From: an uncultured Bacteroidota bacterium
GTDB taxonomy: Bacteria; CLD3; SB21
Assembly: GCA_964544475.1 (NCBI GenBank)
Contig: CAZJBS010000027.1
Coordinates: 1 to 41,273 of the forward strand
Reading direction: 5' to 3'
DNA: 41,273 nt
In this document: in pieces, positions 37,907-41,273 of the stretch
Position numbering within the stretch: the first letter of the stretch is position 1
How the letters are laid out: each line of letters begins with the position of its first letter
Translations under genes and position numbers: made by a program
Notes under the pieces: model-generated
The model's database searches: none
Seen by the model: the letters and a program-made list of their open reading frames with translations, nothing else
Told to the model about the DNA's origin: nothing

Positions 37907-39264
37907 CGACGCCGGATACAGGCGCTGCCGATCGCCGGTCCAGGCCGGTCAAACGGTCGTTTATCATTTTTTCGATCATCGTGACGGTATTGATGGCGCA
38001 GATCGTTTGGTGGATCTATTACCAGATCAGCCAAAACAAGGCTGTCTATCAACTTCACCAGAGTGCGCTGGTCATCCGTGTCCGGCACGTCGTGGACGAA
38101 ATCAATCGCGAGTCCGAGTCCCGCCTTATTGCCTTTACCGAATCCAATCGACTTCATGCGGATTACCGGCATGGTCTTAAAGGCGATGCCATTCCGCCAC
38201 CCCTGCGCCAGGAAAATTTCAGTACGTTCTATTGTTTCGGGGACACGACGTACTACAAGGATCCGACCGGTATCGTCATTTCGTCCGTTGTGGACTGGAA
38301 GCGGCTTCGCCACTGGCTCGCTGAGAGGTTTCCAGACCTGGTTGTGGAATCCCTTCCACAAACACGGAACGAACCCTATCAATACGGTCCGGCCCGGGTC
38401 TTGCGTCTCCCCATCCTTGTGCGTCCAAGAACCGAACTCATCGAAGCCATGATCGAACGAACGGATCGGAAGACGATCATGTTCACGTCGGAGGGCGCGT
38501 TCTTCACTCTGATGGTGCTGGCCGGCGTTTATCTTATGTACATCACCTTGAGAAAAGACTTGCTCCTCGAATCCCAGCAGAAGAATTTCATCCTGAGTAT
38601 AACTCACGAACTCAAGTCGCCTTTGGCGGCCATCAAACTCTATCTTCAAACGTTGCTCCAAAAGAATGTGCCGGCTGAAAAAAGCCAACAATTTCTCCGT
38701 CACTCCATGCAGGACGTTGAACGGCTGGAACGACTGGTTGAGAACGTGCTCGAGGCGGCCCGTATGGACCGCAATGAATATCATTACACGATGACCGACG
38801 TCGATCTGACCGGTACGGTCCGCCGATGCCTTTTGCGCGTCGCCCAATATCAAGACGAGGAGGAAGTGGATGTGCAGACGAATATCACCGAGGGGATTAC
38901 CGTCCGGGGTGATGAGCATGCGCTTATTTCGGTTTTCGACAACCTGATCGAAAATGCCGTCAAATATTCCACGGCGCCAAAACAGATCCGTGTCAGCCTT
39001 GTGATCGACAAAACCGACGCTGTTTTCGAGATCGCCGACAACGGGGCGGGCATTGCCGCCGGGGATTTACCCCACCTGTTTGACCGGTTTTACCGGTCGG
39101 GCAATGAGATGACTCGGACGGCCAAGGGCACAGGCATCGGGCTCTGGATTGTCGCGCAGGTTGTCCGGAAACATGGCGGCCAGGTCTCCGCCCACAGCAG
39201 CGGCCTCGAACAAGGCGCCAGCTTCACCGTGCGTTTTCCGTTATTCTACAACCGCAAGGGATAA
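37888..39264 (+). CDS. Sensor histidine kinase (2 TM, about 160-aa periplasmic domain, HisKA + HATPase)
   Basis: TM1 FIIFSIIVTVLMAQIVWWIYYQI, TM2 FFTLMVLAGVYLMYI, H-box ITHELKSPLAAI, N/G boxes (DNGAGI, GTGIGLWI). Start overlaps the hemL 3' end; an alternative TTG at 37903 has AAGGA upstream. Confidence 0.85.
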   Translation: MEGYFLTTPDTGAADRRSRPVKRSFIIFSIIVTVLMAQIVWWIYYQISQNKAVYQLHQSALVIRVRHVVDEINRESESRLIAFTESNRLHADYRHGLKGDAIPPPLRQENFSTFYCFGDTTYYKDPTGIVISSVVDWKRLRHWLAERFPDLVVESLPQTRNEPYQYGPARVLRLPILVRPRTELIEAMIERTDRKTIMFTSEGAFFTLMVLAGVYLMYITLRKDLLLESQQKNFILSITHELKSPLAAIKLYLQTLLQKNVPAEKSQQFLRHSMQDVERLERLVENVLEAARMDRNEYHYTMTDVDLTGTVRRCLLRVAQYQDEEEVDVQTNITEGITVRGDEHALISVFDNLIENAVKYSTAPKQIRVSLVIDKTDAVFEIADNGAGIAAGDLPHLFDRFYRSGNEMTRTAKGTGIGLWIVAQVVRKHGGQVSAHSSGLEQGASFTVRFPLFYNRKG

Positions 39265-39267
39265 ACC

Positions 39268-39963
39268 ATGCATCGCCTCTTACTCGTGGAAGATGAAAAG
39301 AACATCGCGGAATCGCTCGTATTTAATCTTGAGGGCGACTACGCCGTGGATTGGGCATCCACCGGGGAGGACGCCCTGCGACTCTGGAGTACAACTCCGT
39401 ACGATCTGATCATTCTGGACGTCATGTTGCCGAAACTCAGCGGTTATGACGTGTGCGAGACCATTCGCAAAAAGGACACGCGGACGCCGATCCTTTTCCT
39501 GACGGCCAAAAATCAGGCCCAGGACCGAATCGAAGGTCTCAAGTTGGGTGCAGACGACTATCTTGGCAAGCCCTTCAGTTTGGATGAATTTCTTCTGCGG
39601 GTCAGGGCCCTACTCCGGCGTACCGGCCAAGCCGCTCCGGCGGGCAAGTTGGACGACACGTACGCCTTTGGCGACAACCGCATTGACTTCAAGAATTACG
39701 AAGCACAAACCGGCGACCGGACGATTCCACTGACCAAGAAAGAGTGTCTGTTGATGAAGCTGCTGATCGAACAGGAAGGGCAGGTGGTCACGCGCGAGGA
39801 TATTCTCAGTAAAGTCTGGGGTTATGACACGCTGCCATCGACCAGGACCATTGATAATTTCATCGTGCGATTGCGCGGCTATTTTGAACCGGATCCGAAA
39901 GAACCGGTATTCATCCATTCCATTCGCGGCGTTGGCTACAAATTTACCAACCCGAAACCATAG
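39268..39963 (+). CDS. OmpR/PhoB-family response regulator (receiver + winged helix)
   Basis: LLLVEDEKNI...DLIILDVMLPKLSGYDV...LTAK receiver. C-terminal wHTH (IPLTKKECLLMKLL...VVTREDILSKVWG...RTIDNFIVRLR). 3 nt after the kinase stop. Confidence 0.9.
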   Translation: MHRLLLVEDEKNIAESLVFNLEGDYAVDWASTGEDALRLWSTTPYDLIILDVMLPKLSGYDVCETIRKKDTRTPILFLTAKNQAQDRIEGLKLGADDYLGKPFSLDEFLLRVRALLRRTGQAAPAGKLDDTYAFGDNRIDFKNYEAQTGDRTIPLTKKECLLMKLLIEQEGQVVTREDILSKVWGYDTLPSTRTIDNFIVRLRGYFEPDPKEPVFIHSIRGVGYKFTNPKP

Positions 39964-39979
39964 CAGGGAGGTTATTCTA

Positions 39980-41017
39980 TTGTCATCTCCTCAACGATCC
40001 TATTTGCTTACCGAGGCAGCTTTCGGACGTCCCACCGATCGTCCGCCGGTGTGGCTCATGCGACAGGCGGGACGGTACCTGAAAGAGTACCGTGACGTGC
40101 GTGCCAAAACGACGTTTCTGGGTCTCTGCAAGAATCCCGATCTGGCAACCGAAGTGACCATCCAGCCGGTTGATTTGATCGGCGTCGATGCGGCCATCAT
40201 TTTTTCTGATATCCTGATTCCCTTGGAGGCCATGGGATTGCAGGTTGATTTCACGGAGGCCGGACCGGTCATCGGCAATCCGGTGCGCTCCATGGATGAT
40301 GTCAACCGGCTTGTGATCCCAGCCGCTGAAGAGAAGACCCCTTTTGTCATGCAGATCATCCGACAGGTCCGTGGGCACCTTGAGCACCGGGTGCCTACCA
40401 TTGGATTCTCCGGATCGCCATTTACGCTTATGTCGTACGCGGTGGACGGCGGCAAGGCCAGCGAACTCAAGTCAACGAAGCGTCTGCTGATGGCCGATCC
40501 GGGGGTGGCGCACGCCCTGCTTCAGAAGATTGCCGATACGGTGGTGGATTACGCCAATGCGCAAATCCGCGCCGGCGCCCAGGCTTTCCAACTCTTTGAC
40601 ACCTGGGCCGGACTGCTGTCAGAGCGGGACTACCAGGAATTTGCCTTTCGATGGATGGCCTATGTCATCGATCGGATTGACCGGCGTGGGGTGCCGATCA
40701 TCGCCTTTGTAAAGGGTGGCGCTCCCTATTTGGACATAATCCGGCAATCCAGAGCCGATGTGGTGAGCATCGATTGGACCATCGACCTTCTCCGAGCCAA
40801 ACACATGGTTGGTCCATCCTGCGCCGTGCAGGGCAATCTCGATCCATATGTGTTGTATGCGCCGACGGATGTCATCCGTACGCGGGCTCTGGCTATTCTG
40901 GAAAGCATGCGCTTCGAAACCGGCTTTATTTTCAACCTGGGCCATGGCGTATTGCCGGACATCCCGGCCGACCATGTCCGATTCCTGGTGGACACGATTC
41001 GTTCATTTCAACGATGA
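39980..41017 (+). CDS. hemE: Uroporphyrinogen decarboxylase
   Basis: RPPVWLMRQAGRYLKEY signature. TTG start with a GGGAGG RBS 8 nt upstream; the ORF is open from 39824. IIFSDIL, NLGHGV motifs. Confidence 0.9.
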   Translation: MSSPQRSYLLTEAAFGRPTDRPPVWLMRQAGRYLKEYRDVRAKTTFLGLCKNPDLATEVTIQPVDLIGVDAAIIFSDILIPLEAMGLQVDFTEAGPVIGNPVRSMDDVNRLVIPAAEEKTPFVMQIIRQVRGHLEHRVPTIGFSGSPFTLMSYAVDGGKASELKSTKRLLMADPGVAHALLQKIADTVVDYANAQIRAGAQAFQLFDTWAGLLSERDYQEFAFRWMAYVIDRIDRRGVPIIAFVKGGAPYLDIIRQSRADVVSIDWTIDLLRAKHMVGPSCAVQGNLDPYVLYAPTDVIRTRALAILESMRFETGFIFNLGHGVLPDIPADHVRFLVDTIRSFQR

Positions 41018-41025
41018 GGTCAAAC

Positions 41026-41273
41026 ATGAAACCGTTCGCTTGGATTTTTCTTGGCATGCTCTTCACCGGCTGCCTTGGTGTTCAAAAAAAAGTCTATGTA
41101 TTCAGACTTGATCAGCCGATTGACCATCGCAAGGGCGGTGCTGCAAAGGCCGGAATGACCCAGTCGGGTTCAGCGACGATCACGTACGTCAACATCTTTT
41201 CCATCGATGACAACCAACGCGACGTCACGTTCAAGGATTTCGGCGAATTGGTCAGCGACTATCTTGACGGCGA
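41026..41273 (+). CDS. Hypothetical lipoprotein (5' part, continues beyond the window)
   Basis: Not in the ORF track (partial). ATG 41026 with GAGGT RBS, MKPFAWIFLGMLFTGC lipobox, open to the window end. Starts 8 nt after the hemE stop. Confidence 0.5.
   Translation, partial: MKPFAWIFLGMLFTGCLGVQKKVYVFRLDQPIDHRKGGAAKAGMTQSGSATITYVNIFSIDDNQRDVTFKDFGELVSDYLDG

Noticed and set aside
37813-38919. 368-aa minus-strand ORF
   Set aside because: Antisense to the hemL 3' end and the sensor kinase. No motifs.

Overview
The window is a gene-dense, about 55% GC bacterial chromosomal segment that is almost entirely coding, with many start/stop overlaps and a few short AT-rich intergenic islands. The gene set suggests an uncultivated FCB-group-like Gram-negative lineage: a long-form IspG with an insert domain, a DUF3467 protein, beta-propeller sensor kinases and many lipoproteins. 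Most content is core housekeeping: PII-glutamine synthetase (glnB-glnA), prfB with its canonical programmed +1 frameshift, hemN, argS, grpE-hrcA, ppk1, rsgA, ispG, gpsA, yhbY, hemL and hemE. I found no rRNA, tRNA, CRISPR array, transposase or integrase. The parts worth a second look are: (1) a two-component system (2-TM sensor kinase plus OmpR-family regulator) inserted with overlaps between hemL and hemE; (2) an unrecognised Cys-rich protein (C-x6-C-x4-C-x6-C) tightly upstream of the 4Fe-4S enzyme IspG in a four-gene operon; (3) a cluster of one CsgG-like protein and two lipoproteins; (4) a Trm112-like Zn-ribbon methyltransferase translationally coupled to a small helical protein; (5) a CysZ-like permease coupled to a histidine ammonia-lyase-like MIO enzyme with an SSG rather than ASG tripeptide; (6) an orphan giant propeller sensor kinase operon (SRPBCC-DUF3467-HK-amidohydrolase); (7) a divergent minimal Amidase_3-like gene in an AT-rich islet beside a beta-barrel OMP with an unusual C-terminal coiled-coil tail. 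All identifications come from motif-level reading of the ORF translations; no searches were run.
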